A DNA stretch of 64,000 nucleotides from Candidatus Bathyarchaeota archaeon (GTDB lineage: Archaea; Thermoproteota; Bathyarchaeia; Bathyarchaeales; Bathycorpusculaceae), in contig CAVZIW010000008.1 in the NCBI GenBank assembly GCA_963775465.1, forward strand, positions 82,746 to 146,745, given 5' to 3'. The notes under the pieces were generated by a model. The model searched no databases. It was not told the origin of the DNA and saw only the letters and a list, made by a program, of their open reading frames with translations. This document shows, in pieces, positions 1-9,983 of this stretch. Each line of letters begins with the position of its first letter. Position 1 is the stretch's first letter. Both the position numbers and the translations under genes were made by a program.

Positions 1-1263
1 CCAATTCTCAACCGATATTGGTGTAACGATTTCAGTTGCTTCAATATTGCCTTTGAAGCCTGGAAACCGCTTCTCCAATCGCTCAGCAATTAATTGGGCA
101 ACCTCTTGTTTTTCAGCACGGTACATCTCCTTGTTAGCGGAAAGCGCTTTCCAGTAATCATAATCAGATTCTAATACCACTTTGACGACTGTTTTGCCTT
201 CAGGCGCCAAAGAAGGATCAAAGTTGAAAATTTCAACATCTAACCTGTCTCTTGCTTTGCCTTCCACCCTTAACGGTTGGTCTTGAAAGAGTACTAACGC
301 GTGCGGTTCACCAGGAAATTCTTTGGCAACACCGTACCAAACTTCTAGCCCAAACGGCTGAACTTTCGGATAAGCCTTGTAATAGGCGTCGATAGTTGGA
401 TTCACGTATTTGCCTTCCAACATGTTGTAGATTGTACTGTAACCGTCCGCGGCAGAAACAACGATATCTGCAAAATGCTCAGAGTCATCTCCAAGTTGCA
501 CACCCACTGCAACTCCATCTTTGACGATAATACTCTTCACTTTTGAATGGTAAGCTATTTGACCTCCAAGTCCCAAATAACGTTGCTCAATATTTTTCGA
601 CAAAGCCATTGAACCGCCGATTGGCCAGCCGCCATCACCCTGATTCAAAGTAGCTAAGAAAATCAAGGCAATCACCGTTGGGACTTCTGGGATGTCATAT
701 TGTATAGTTGCAAAAGCTTTACGCATGAACGGGTCAGTGAATTTATCTGCAAAATCTCTGAGTGTCATCTTACTATATTTCATCAAAGCACTCATCAACG
801 GGAGCATCTTTAGTTTTGTCGCAGCGCCCCCTGACATGGCGGCAAACAAGTCATAACCGCTAAATTTGCGCACAGCCTTCACAAATTCCTCTATGACTTT
901 CTGGTCGGCAGGTGCAAGTTCTTTCATATGCGTTTCAAGTTTTTTTAAGTCAGCGAAAACCGTGAAAGCCTTGCCGTTTGTATCCTCAACCTGAGTGAAC
1001 TCCTCAAAAGCATGAACTTGCAATTCGTGTAATGCACCCAGTTCTTGCCACATATGGTTGTTAACCGAGTTCGGAGTAACACCAAATACGTTATGGACAG
1101 CATAATCAAAAAGATACCCCTTTCGCAGCCACGAAACGCAGACGCCGCCAGGCTTTTCTTGCATTTCGAAAATCTTTGTATTGTAACCATTCATCTGTCC
1201 GTAACAGCCAGTAGCTAAACCTGCAAGACCAGCTCCGATTATCATGAGCGACTTATTTACCAT
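1..1263 (-). CDS. NAD(P)/FAD-dependent oxidoreductase, phytoene desaturase (CrtI-like) family; 3' end runs off the window
   Basis: Manual translation from ATG at 1263: MVNKSLMIIGAGLAGLATGCYGQMNGYNTKIFEMQEKPGGVCVSWLRKGYLFD (GxGxxG Rossmann plus GG motif). Absent from the ORF track, presumably because no stop lies in the window. Confidence 0.85.
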   Translation of the reverse strand, partial: MVNKSLMIIGAGLAGLATGCYGQMNGYNTKIFEMQEKPGGVCVSWLRKGYLFDYAVHNVFGVTPNSVNNHMWQELGALHELQVHAFEEFTQVEDTNGKAFTVFADLKKLETHMKELAPADQKVIEEFVKAVRKFSGYDLFAAMSGGAATKLKMLPLMSALMKYSKMTLRDFADKFTDPFMRKAFATIQYDIPEVPTVIALIFLATLNQGDGGWPIGGSMALSKNIEQRYLGLGGQIAYHSKVKSIIVKDGVAVGVQLGDDSEHFADIVVSAADGYSTIYNMLEGKYVNPTIDAYYKAYPKVQPFGLEVWYGVAKEFPGEPHALVLFQDQPLRVEGKARDRLDVEIFNFDPSLAPEGKTVVKVVLESDYDYWKALSANKEMYRAEKQEVAQLIAERLEKRFPGFKGNIEATEIVTPISVENW

Positions 1264-1371
1264 CGAATACCCAACCTGATTTCTAAATTAGAATTATATA
1301 TCTTTTCGCTCGTCTTGAAAAAAATCCACTGCAAACAATATTTAGGTCAAAACAGAGTATGTTGATGAAAA

Positions 1372-2235
1372 ATGTCACGAACTAACTTAATACTTGAGCA
1401 AGCAGTTCTTTTTGACAAAAATGATTCAGTGAAACATGAAGTCGAAATTGCATTGGGCGCCCTCAAAGAGTTTAATCAAAAATATCCCTTTGCCGAAAAT
1501 CTTCAAACAATAGAGTGGCTAGATCCCGATAAACTCTTTAAACTAAATCCTGATGAAGTCGGAGAATTCTTCCTTTTTCTACAAAGCTATCTTAAACCAT
1601 TCACTAACACAACTCTAAGTAAATCTAACATCTACCGCAACGCACGCCTCCAAATAAAAGAATTCAAAAACCTACTTCGAATAACAGTAGACAACCGAAA
1701 ATCTTTAGCTCAAAAAATAGATGCTCCCTGGGACAGAATCGGCGGATTTGGACAAGACAAGCAACTTGCTAAAAAAATCATATACTGCCTCAACTACAAA
1801 AACCCAACGATCCTCCCTATTTTTAGCAACCAACACCTGAGATTTTTTGTTAACCGAGTGGTCGATTCGCCAAATCTGCAACCAAAGTACCTCTCGCCAG
1901 GACAAGAATATGAAAATTATACTGCAGACATTTTAAATGCTAAAAATAGTCTGCCTCTAACTCGAGCATGGAACAATATGTACTTCACACGGTTCCTATA
2001 CAAAACTTTTCCACCGCCAGACAGCGAATCCTCCTCATTACCTGAACAAAGAAAAACAACAATCATCACAGAAGAACAACTAGATCTTCAAGGTTTCATG
2101 AAACTGCTCGGTGAACTCCAAACACAGCAAAAAATCACAGGGGAACAATTCCGAGAAAACCGTACCTTATGGATGAAACAACCCACCGAACGCGAAGCAT
2201 TAACTAAACGCCTAAAGCAAAAACTTCAAACATAG
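1372..2235 (+). CDS. Hypothetical protein (287 aa)
   Basis: Long ORF; contains GFGQDKQLAKKI and LPIFSNQHL segments; no confident family. Confidence 0.7.
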   Translation: MSRTNLILEQAVLFDKNDSVKHEVEIALGALKEFNQKYPFAENLQTIEWLDPDKLFKLNPDEVGEFFLFLQSYLKPFTNTTLSKSNIYRNARLQIKEFKNLLRITVDNRKSLAQKIDAPWDRIGGFGQDKQLAKKIIYCLNYKNPTILPIFSNQHLRFFVNRVVDSPNLQPKYLSPGQEYENYTADILNAKNSLPLTRAWNNMYFTRFLYKTFPPPDSESSSLPEQRKTTIITEEQLDLQGFMKLLGELQTQQKITGEQFRENRTLWMKQPTEREALTKRLKQKLQT

Positions 2236-2243
2236 CTTGAAAT

Positions 2244-2321
2244 TGGCGGGCCCGACGGGAATTGAACCCGCGACCTACGGATTAAGAGTCCGCCGCTCTG
2301 GCCTGACTGAGCTACGGGCCC
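2244..2321 (-). tRNA. tRNA-Lys(CTT), intronless, CCA encoded
   Basis: Reverse complement GGGCCCGTAGCTCAGTCAGGCCAGAGCGGCGGACTCTTAATCCGTAGGTCGCGGGTTCAATTCCCGTCGGGCCCGCCA folds as a cloverleaf; anticodon loop CT-CTT-AA; T-loop GTTCAATT. Confidence 0.97.
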
Positions 2322-2442
2322 GCTGATGTCACTTTTGAAAAAGGTTTCATTGAGCAATATAGATTTTGTGGTTTTGTTGTAGCAGCTTGATGCAGCGAAG
2401 CCTAATAACAAAGGTGGATAATTGGTTCTTGGAGAAGTTTTA

Positions 2443-3354
2443 ATGGTCGATTCTCTGGGTGAAGTTTTTCTTCTGAAAACAACAAATCGAGCGGTTGGAA
2501 TCCCTGAATTAATCAATCGGATCAGCTTGTCTGATTATTCTAAAAAACAAATAGCAATTAAAGCAAATTTTAACAGCGCTGACCCATTTCCTGCCTCGAC
2601 TCATTTGGACACTTTACGAGCGATTATTGGATCATTAAAGAATGCAGAAGTAGGTACAATAACTTTGGCGGAACGCAGCGGCATGGGCAACACTGAGCAC
2701 GTACTGGAGCAAATGGGCGTTTTCGCTTTATCCAAAGAACTGGGTTTTGAAACACTTATTCTAGATAATATAGACAAAGACGGCTGGGTAAAATTCAACC
2801 GAGACAAAACCCATTGGCTGCACGGCTTCTACATAGCCAAAGTCTTCCATGACGCAGACAAAATCGTCCAAACCTGCTGCCTAAAAACCCATCGATTCGG
2901 CGGGCACTTCACTTTATCCCTGAAAAACTCTGTGGGGATGGTTGCAAAGAAAGTTCCAGGAGGAATTTACGACTACATGTGGGAGCTGCATGGATCCCCC
3001 TTTCAGCGTCAGATGATTGCGGAAATAAACAACAATTACAACTTGGACTTTGTTGTGATGGACGGCATAAAAGCATTCATCAGTGAAGGACCAGAAAAAG
3101 GAACAGTGGTTGAACCAAATCTATTATTGGCAAGCAGAGATCGAGTAGCTATCGATGCGGTCGGAGTGGCGATTCTAAAATTGTACGGAGCTAAAGGCAA
3201 GATTGGTGAAGAAGAAATTTTTAAACAAGACCAACTCGAAAGAGCAGCAGACTTGAGCTTCGGAGTCAAATCAGCAGACGAAATAAAACTAACAGCACTC
3301 AACGATGAAACCATTGATAATGTTGAGCGAATAGAGCAGATTCTCAAAACATAA
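2443..3354 (+). CDS. DUF362 domain protein (LarA-like/Fe-S associated)
   Basis: IKANFN, CCLKTHRFGGHFTLSLKN and DRVAIDA motifs. Confidence 0.8.
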   Translation: MVDSLGEVFLLKTTNRAVGIPELINRISLSDYSKKQIAIKANFNSADPFPASTHLDTLRAIIGSLKNAEVGTITLAERSGMGNTEHVLEQMGVFALSKELGFETLILDNIDKDGWVKFNRDKTHWLHGFYIAKVFHDADKIVQTCCLKTHRFGGHFTLSLKNSVGMVAKKVPGGIYDYMWELHGSPFQRQMIAEINNNYNLDFVVMDGIKAFISEGPEKGTVVEPNLLLASRDRVAIDAVGVAILKLYGAKGKIGEEEIFKQDQLERAADLSFGVKSADEIKLTALNDETIDNVERIEQILKT

Positions 3355-3489
3355 TTTACGCTCATATGTAAAATTTCACCATTTTCAGATAAATTACAAC
3401 TATTAATTTTTAAAAAACTAGAAAATTGTTGGAACAAAAAAGAATCCTTATTATGATTTTACACTCTTCAATCTTGAGGAGGTTTACTC

Positions 3490-3987
3490 ATGTTTAATGA
3501 AAAAATTATTTTAACCCCAATTGGCTATATCAAAACTGATGCGAAGGGTGATGAAGTTAGAGAAAAATTGCATCATTCAAAAATCATAGTTAACAGAAAT
3601 TTGGATGCTGCTTTAGATGGGATTTCTGGTTTTTCGCATCTATTTGTGATGTTTTGGTTAAACCAGATAAAAGAAGAGCAACGTTTAATGTTGAAGGTTC
3701 ATCCGAGAGGGAGAACCGATTTACCTTTAACAGGTGTTTTCGCTGTAAGAACTATGCTTCGTCCAAACCCCATCGGGCTAACTTTGGTGGAGTTAATTGT
3801 AGTCGAAGACAATGTTTTGACAATTAAAGGACTAGATGCTTACGATGGTACTCCAGTATTAGATATTAAGCCTTATGACCCATGGGATACAGCTGAAAAT
3901 CCAAGGGTTCCGGATTGGTGGCTAAACTTAGAAAAAGACAAAAAATACGCTAAAGCAAATCGCCAACCCCGTATTTGCCGTCAATAG
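3490..3987 (+). CDS. trmO: tRNA (t6A37-N6)-methyltransferase TrmO/TsaA family
   Basis: GVFAVRTMLRPNPIGLT and GLDAYDGTPVLDIKPY motifs; GAGGAGG RBS. Confidence 0.9.
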   Translation: MFNEKIILTPIGYIKTDAKGDEVREKLHHSKIIVNRNLDAALDGISGFSHLFVMFWLNQIKEEQRLMLKVHPRGRTDLPLTGVFAVRTMLRPNPIGLTLVELIVVEDNVLTIKGLDAYDGTPVLDIKPYDPWDTAENPRVPDWWLNLEKDKKYAKANRQPRICRQ

Positions 3988-4450
3988 CTTTCAACATAGC
4001 TTTTCTAAGGGGTTCGCCTTTCATTTCCTCGGTTTTCAGTTTTCCAACTGTTTTAGCCAGCTCTGGATCCTTTAGAGCATCACGCAACCAACTCTCAAAA
4101 TCGCCTCTGTACAGATGGAATTCTATGGAATCAGTTGTAACCTGCTTTATTTGTCTATAGAACTCTATCAATGAACTTGCAGAGAAACCTAAGGGTTTAT
4201 CGACACTTACGTAGAAATTAAAGCTCATTTCACTTGAAATATGTGTGGATATTTTAAGGGCGTTTTTGCCTTTTTCTGTTAAGCCGTAACCACCGCCGAC
4301 CTTGCGTAGAAAGCCTTCCGCGGCAAGTTCTTGAACTTGCTCTATGGCTTGGGTTGGTTCTAGGTTTACCGCTTGTGCAAACATATGTATGTCCATTCGG
4401 TTGGTGGCTTCGTTCATCGTTTTTAGAATTTTGATTTGTTCTTCCTTCAA
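3950..4450 (-). CDS. Winged-helix plus DUF5752-like domain protein
   Basis: N-terminal wHTH-like segment (GYGLTEKG); C-terminal FNFY...SIEFHLYRGDFESW pattern; TTG start with GAGGCG RBS. Confidence 0.65.
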   Translation of the reverse strand: MKEEQIKILKTMNEATNRMDIHMFAQAVNLEPTQAIEQVQELAAEGFLRKVGGGYGLTEKGKNALKISTHISSEMSFNFYVSVDKPLGFSASSLIEFYRQIKQVTTDSIEFHLYRGDFESWLRDALKDPELAKTVGKLKTEEMKGEPLRKAMLKAIDGKYGVGDLL

Positions 4451-4576
4451 GAAGTTTCGCCTCTTAGTACATTTATTATCTATTATTAGAGAAATTTAAA
4501 TGTGTTAATGTCATTTCAACAAAAATGAATAGGAATTCTTTTACTTTCAAAAACCAATATGGGACGGGGTCAATCT

Positions 4577-4897
4577 ATGAGTACTCGTTACGTTTTGGTT
4601 TTGGTTACCACAAAAGATAAAATAGAAGCTGAAAAAATCGCGCAGAAACTTTTGAAAGAAAAACTTGTCGCATGTGCAAATATAATTGATCCTGTTACTT
4701 CACATTTCCATTGGTCGGGGAAAATCGACGAATCCAAAGAGTGTTTAATAATCATGAAATCTCGAATAGATCTTTTTTCTGAGCTAGCTGGGATTGTAAA
4801 GGATTTGCATAGTTACAAGGTTCCCGAAATTCTAGCCATCCCGATTGTAGTTGGTTCGGATGATTACCTAACTTGGATTAATGAAACTCTCAAATAA
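4577..4897 (+). CDS. cutA: Divalent-cation tolerance protein CutA
   Basis: LVACANI, HWSGKI and HSYKVPEILAIP motifs. Confidence 0.92.
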   Translation: MSTRYVLVLVTTKDKIEAEKIAQKLLKEKLVACANIIDPVTSHFHWSGKIDESKECLIIMKSRIDLFSELAGIVKDLHSYKVPEILAIPIVVGSDDYLTWINETLK

Positions 4898-4951
4898 CGT
4901 ACACATGTACAAAAATGTGCAAATAAGCCTTAAATAGTACAGTTCTGTATT
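4898..4951 (+). promoter_or_regulatory. trp operon promoter (TTAAATA 4930-4936) flanked by TRP-box pairs
   Basis: TGTACA-N4-TGTGCA (4906-4921), AGTACA-N4-TGTATT (4936-4951) and CGTACA at 4898; resembles the TrpY TRP box TGTACA. Confidence 0.7.
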
Positions 4952-4975
4952 GATGTGAACTAACACGGAGATCGA

Positions 4976-6377
4976 CTGCAATGGGGAATCGTCTTTGGCA
5001 CAACCAAACCAAAAAACAAACTACATATTAAAAAAATCAACCTAAGCCAAACCCCACTAGAAATATTCTCAAAACTCCAAAAAAAATACCCAACAGTCTA
5101 CCTCCTCGAGTCTATCGAAGGACCACAAAAACTAGCCCAATACTCCTTCATCGGATTTAATCCAAAGACCACAATTCAAATTACTAAAGGCAAAGCAAAA
5201 ATAACCGACACCCAAACCCAAAAAACCACAACTGAACAGACAAACGATCCTCTAAAGCTGATCCAAAAACTACTCGAAAAAAATTCTCTTCAACACACTC
5301 AACTAAGATTTGTTGGAGGCGCAGTAGGCTACATTTCTTATGACGCTATTCGCTACTGGGAAAATCTACCTCATAAAAACAAGAATTGTGATTTTCCAGA
5401 CATAGAGTTTGGAATTTTCGAGGACGGCCTAATAATAAACCATATCGAAAATCAGGCTCTATATTATCATCGAAATGAAAATAGGCTTGCAGAAGTTGAA
5501 GATCTACTAAAAAAGCCTTATGAGCCCAACTTGCTATCTTGCACTCACCCAAAAGTTGAAACCACTAAAGAAAAATATGAAAAAGCAGTTGAAAAGGCCA
5601 AAGAATACATCAATGCAGGAGACATCTTCCAAGTTGTCCTCTCCAAACGTTTTCAATTTAAACTGCAGGGAAGCCTAATTCCCTTCTATGAAGCGCTTAG
5701 AACAATCAACCCTTCCCCATACATGTATTACCTCAAGTTTGGTAAACATCAAATCGTTGGCTCTAGTCCTGAAATGCTTATCCGCGTCGACAATCGCATG
5801 GTCGAAACTTTTCCAATTGCTGGCACTAAACCCATTGCCAAGACACATGCAGAAAACTCCAAATTAGCTACTGAATTACTCGCTGATCCAAAAGAGTGTG
5901 CAGAACATGTTATGCTTGTGGATCTTGCTCGAAATGATCTTGGTCGAATTTCAAAATACGGCACAGTTAGCGTACCAGAGTTTATGAAGGTTCACCAATA
6001 CAGTCACGTTCAGCATATCGTCTCACAAGTTGTTGGAGAACTAAAAGACGAGCTGCAAAGTTATGATGCAGTTAGAGCAGTGTTTCCCGCAGGAACCGTT
6101 TCAGGGGCACCGAAGGTTCGCGCTATGGAAATCATCGATGAACTTGAAACATCTGCCTAGAGGACCCTACGCCGGAGCGGTCGGGTACTTCTCCTACAAT
6201 GGCAATGCCGATTTTGCCATAACGATTCGCACATTATTTGCCGACGAAAACAAAGGCTACCTTCAAGCAGGGGCAGGCATCGTTGCAGACTCTGTCCCAG
6301 AACGAGAATGGTTTGAAACAGACTACAAGGCAAAAGCGCTTATAAGCGCTCTTGAAATAGCTGGGGGCAAAAAACCA
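4976..6377 (+). CDS. trpE: Anthranilate synthase component I; start uncertain (CTG 4976), +1 frameshift at ~6156
   Basis: Open frame from 4964 gives YLLESIEG..AQYSFIG, GGAVGYISYD, GDIFQVVLS, NPSPYM, EHVMLVDLARNDLGR, FPAGTVSGAPKVRAMEII; continues in the next frame as RGPYAGAVGY...AGAGIVADS. Confidence 0.9.
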
Positions 6378-6962
6378 CTGAAGGTTCTTGTCATTGATAA
6401 TTATGATTCTTTTGTCTATAACCTTGTACAATACATTGGTGAACTGGGCGCACAAACAATCGTTTTTCGAAATAACCAAATAAGCCTCGTAGACGCAGCC
6501 AAGCTAAAGCCTGACAGAATCGTTATTTCACCAGGTCCAGGAAACCCTGAAGACGAAAAATACTTCGGCGTTTGTACCCAAATCCTCCAAACCCTCAGTC
6601 CAGTCATCCCCACATTGGGCGTCTGCTTAGGGCACCAAGGAATAATTCACGCTTACGGCGGAAAAATAATTCACGCCAAAAAACTCATGCATGGAAAGAC
6701 CTGCACCATAAAACACAGTCAAAAAGACATATTTGCCGGAGTTCGCAATCCCTTCAACGCAACAAGATACCACTCCCTCGCGGGCTCAAGAGACTCAATC
6801 CCCGACTGTCTTGAAATCACCGCCGAAGCAATTGACGACAACGAAATCATGGCAATAAAACACGTCAAATACCCCATTTACGGAGTTCAATTCCACCCAG
6901 AATCAATCCTATGCGAAGACGGCAAGCTTATAATCAAAAATTTCTTGGAGCGAAAACTATGA
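6378..6962 (+). CDS. trpG: Anthranilate synthase component II (glutamine amidotransferase), in frame with the TrpE C-terminus
   Basis: VIDNYDSF, SPGPG, LGVCLGHQ, RYHSL and GVQFHPES motifs. Confidence 0.93.
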   Translation: MKVLVIDNYDSFVYNLVQYIGELGAQTIVFRNNQISLVDAAKLKPDRIVISPGPGNPEDEKYFGVCTQILQTLSPVIPTLGVCLGHQGIIHAYGGKIIHAKKLMHGKTCTIKHSQKDIFAGVRNPFNATRYHSLAGSRDSIPDCLEITAEAIDDNEIMAIKHVKYPIYGVQFHPESILCEDGKLIIKNFLERKL

Positions 6963-8017
6963 TGATTCGTGAAGGAATACAAAAAATCGTCGACGGCAAC
7001 AACCTAAACTCGGATCAATCAAAACAAATAATGAATGAAATCATGACAGGAAAATCGACCAACGCACAAACAGCTGCCTTTCTAACCTCCCTTCGCATGA
7101 AAGGAGAATCAACAGATGAACTAATCGCTTTCGCGTCAATTATGAGAACTAACTGCTGCACGATACACCCCAAAGTTCAAGGAAGACTAATTGACACATG
7201 CGGAACAGGCGGAGATAAAATCAAGACCTTTAACGTCAGTACAACAGCCGCATTCGTTATCGCAGGTGCAGGAATCGCAGTAGCCAAACATGGAAATCGA
7301 GCAGTTACAAGCAAAAGCGGTAGCGCTGACGTTCTAGAAAAACTAGGCTTAAATCTAAAAATGGAGCCAAAACAAATCGAAAGAGTAATCGAAAAAGTCG
7401 GCGTTGGATTCATGTTTGCCCCTCTTTTTCACCCAGCCATGAAATATGCAGCTGAAGCCAGAAGAGACATCGGTATCCGAACAGTCTTTAACGTTCTCGG
7501 ACCGATGACAAACCCAGCATGCGCCGACGCTCAGCTATTGGGCGTTTATGACCACAAAATGGTTGCAACAATCGCTTATGCGTTACAGCAACTTGGAAGC
7601 AAAGAAGCAATGGTCGTTTATGGTCTCGATGGACTGGATGAGATTTCGACAATAGGAAAATCACTCATTGCCCACTTGAAAAACGGAAAAGTTACAGAAT
7701 CAGAATTCACCCCAGAAGACTTTGGAATCAAAAAAGCAAACATTGCCGATTTGCAGGCATCCACACATGAAGAAAACGCAGAAATTATAGTTAAAATCTT
7801 GAAGGGAGATTCGACAGTAAAAACAAAAACTGACATAGTATTGGTGAACAGCGCCGCCGGAATTATAGTAGGCGGGAAGGCAGATAACTTCAAGGAAGCC
7901 ATCCAAATGGCAAAAGAATCGATTCAAAACGGATGCGCATATGCTAAACTCAAGGAATTGGTTGAAATAACTGGCGGAAACCCCCAAATGCTTGAGGAGA
8001 TGGAAAGAGAAGGATGA
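6959..8017 (+). CDS. trpD: Anthranilate phosphoribosyltransferase
   Basis: DTCGTGGD, FNVST, KHGNRAVTSKSGSAD and GLDEIS motifs; ATGA overlap with trpG. Confidence 0.97.
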   Translation: MMIREGIQKIVDGNNLNSDQSKQIMNEIMTGKSTNAQTAAFLTSLRMKGESTDELIAFASIMRTNCCTIHPKVQGRLIDTCGTGGDKIKTFNVSTTAAFVIAGAGIAVAKHGNRAVTSKSGSADVLEKLGLNLKMEPKQIERVIEKVGVGFMFAPLFHPAMKYAAEARRDIGIRTVFNVLGPMTNPACADAQLLGVYDHKMVATIAYALQQLGSKEAMVVYGLDGLDEISTIGKSLIAHLKNGKVTESEFTPEDFGIKKANIADLQASTHEENAEIIVKILKGDSTVKTKTDIVLVNSAAGIIVGGKADNFKEAIQMAKESIQNGCAYAKLKELVEITGGNPQMLEEMEREG

Positions 8018-8790
8018 CCGACTTCCTGGATACCCTTGCAATGGATGCAACTAAGACTGTTGACAGTGGATACTACAAAACCGATTCAAAGAAAAAACAG
8101 CCAAAAACAAGCCTTAGACAATCAATTCTCAACTGCAAACATAATTCAATCATTTCCGAAATCAAAGCTGTCTCTCCATCAATAGGAACTATACGAAACA
8201 AAATCGATACACCCCAAATCGCTCAAGCAATGGAAAGAGCAGGTTCAGCTGGAATCTCAGTTCTAACAGAGCCTAAACACTTCAAAGGCTCCTTAACCGC
8301 ACTCAAACAAGCAAGAGAAACCACGAAGCTACCAATACTCATGAAAGACATAATAATCGTTACCGACCAAATCGAAGTTGGGGCACAAATCGGAGCCAAC
8401 GCCGTATTGCTAATCCAAGCTCTTTTCGACAGAGACTGCTGTGAAATGAGTGTCGAAAAAACAATCTCTTTTGCGCACTCAAAAAGTCTTGAAGTATTGC
8501 TTGAAACCCACAGCGAATCAGAATTCCAAAAAGCTCTTGAAACAGACGCCGACCTTATTGGAATCAACAACCGCAACCTCGCGACCCTAAAAATTGACCT
8601 GAACACCACAAGACTAATTCTAGAAAAACATAAAGCACCCAATAAGCTGGTCGTAAGCGAAAGCGGAATAAAGACCCCCCTTGACCTTCAGTTTCTGCGA
8701 AGTTGCGGCGCAAACGCTTTCCTCATAGGTTCAAGCATCATGCTCACCGAGAACATAGAAGAGAAAGTTACGGAGTTTGTATTGGCATGA
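8014..8790 (+). CDS. trpC: Indole-3-glycerol phosphate synthase
   Basis: [29 protein letters not shown] and VSESGI motifs. Confidence 0.96.
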   Translation: MTDFLDTLAMDATKTVDSGYYKTDSKKKQPKTSLRQSILNCKHNSIISEIKAVSPSIGTIRNKIDTPQIAQAMERAGSAGISVLTEPKHFKGSLTALKQARETTKLPILMKDIIIVTDQIEVGAQIGANAVLLIQALFDRDCCEMSVEKTISFAHSKSLEVLLETHSESEFQKALETDADLIGINNRNLATLKIDLNTTRLILEKHKAPNKLVVSESGIKTPLDLQFLRSCGANAFLIGSSIMLTENIEEKVTEFVLA

Positions 8791-9983
8791 AACTAAGTAA
8801 CTATCCAGTGGAAGGAAAATTCGGCAAGTTCGGCGGGCGCTTCGTTCCGGAGATCCTGATGGAAGCCATTACCGAACTCGAGAAAACTTATGGAAAAGTC
8901 AAGAAAGATCCAGCGTTCAAAAAAGAACTCAATTACTATTTGGCGGAATTCGTGGGCAGACCTACACCTCTATACTTTGCTGAGAACCTAACCAAAACTT
9001 TGGGCGGAGCAAAAATCTACCTTAAACGAGAAGACCTCGCCCATGGCGGTGCCCACAAAATTAACAACACAATAGGTCAAACGCTTCTAGCTAAACGCAT
9101 GGGTAAAACCCGCGTCATCGCAGAAACGGGAGCGGGGCAACATGGCGTAGCAACCGCCATCGCATGCGCAGCTTTAGGTCTAAAAGCAGAAGTTTATATG
9201 GGAACCGAAGACTGCGAACGGCAACGCCTAAACGTATTTCGAATGAAACTGTTGGGCGCCAAAGTTCACCCTGTAGATTCAGGCTCCAAAACACTTAAAG
9301 ACTCCATTAACGAAGCATTTCGCGACTGGGTAACCAACATCGAAACAACCTATTACCTGATCGGCTCAGTGGTAGGTCCACATCCTTATCCTTTGATCGT
9401 CCGAGACTTCCAAAGTGTAATAGGCAACGAGCTCAAAGCTCAATTTAAACAAAAAGAAGGCAAACTACCAGATGCGCTAGTAGCCTGTGTAGGCGGCGGA
9501 AGCAACGCGATTGGAACCTTCTATTCCTTCGAAGACCACAAACAAGTCGCACTTCACGGAGTGGAAGCAGCAGGAGCAGGCATCAAAACCGGAAAACACG
9601 CAGCATCACTAGGCGCAGGTTCAGAAGGCGTCTTCCACGGAATGCTAACCTATGTACTGCAAGACAAAAACGGCCAAATCGCAAGCACCCACAGCGTTTC
9701 CGCAGGCTTAGACTACCCTGGCGTCGGACCCGAGCACAGCTTCCTAAAGATCTCAAAAAGAGCGCAATATGCATCAATCACTGACAAGGAAGCGGTAGAT
9801 GCGTTTTTAACATTGTCCAAGCAAGAAGGAATTTTGCCCGCCTTGGAATCATCACATGCAATTGCTTATGCTATGAAGCTAGCGCCAAAAATGAAAAAAA
9901 CCCAAACTATAGTCGTTACACTATCCGGACGAGGCGACAAAGACGTAGAAACAATCGCAAAATTCATCGGTGAAAAAATATGA
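8787..9983 (+). CDS. trpB: Tryptophan synthase beta subunit (TrpB1 type)
   Basis: [43 protein letters not shown] and LSGRGDKD motifs. Confidence 0.98.
   Translation: MKLSNYPVEGKFGKFGGRFVPEILMEAITELEKTYGKVKKDPAFKKELNYYLAEFVGRPTPLYFAENLTKTLGGAKIYLKREDLAHGGAHKINNTIGQTLLAKRMGKTRVIAETGAGQHGVATAIACAALGLKAEVYMGTEDCERQRLNVFRMKLLGAKVHPVDSGSKTLKDSINEAFRDWVTNIETTYYLIGSVVGPHPYPLIVRDFQSVIGNELKAQFKQKEGKLPDALVACVGGGSNAIGTFYSFEDHKQVALHGVEAAGAGIKTGKHAASLGAGSEGVFHGMLTYVLQDKNGQIASTHSVSAGLDYPGVGPEHSFLKISKRAQYASITDKEAVDAFLTLSKQEGILPALESSHAIAYAMKLAPKMKKTQTIVVTLSGRGDKDVETIAKFIGEKI

Noticed and set aside
1-2321. Integrated element at tRNA-Lys
   Set aside because: No integrase and no duplicated tRNA 3' end seen within the window
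6158-6160. In-frame TAG in trpE (and TGA at 55107) as possible pyrrolysine/selenocysteine readthrough
   Set aside because: The conserved protein continues in a different frame, so these are frameshifts and not stop-codon recoding
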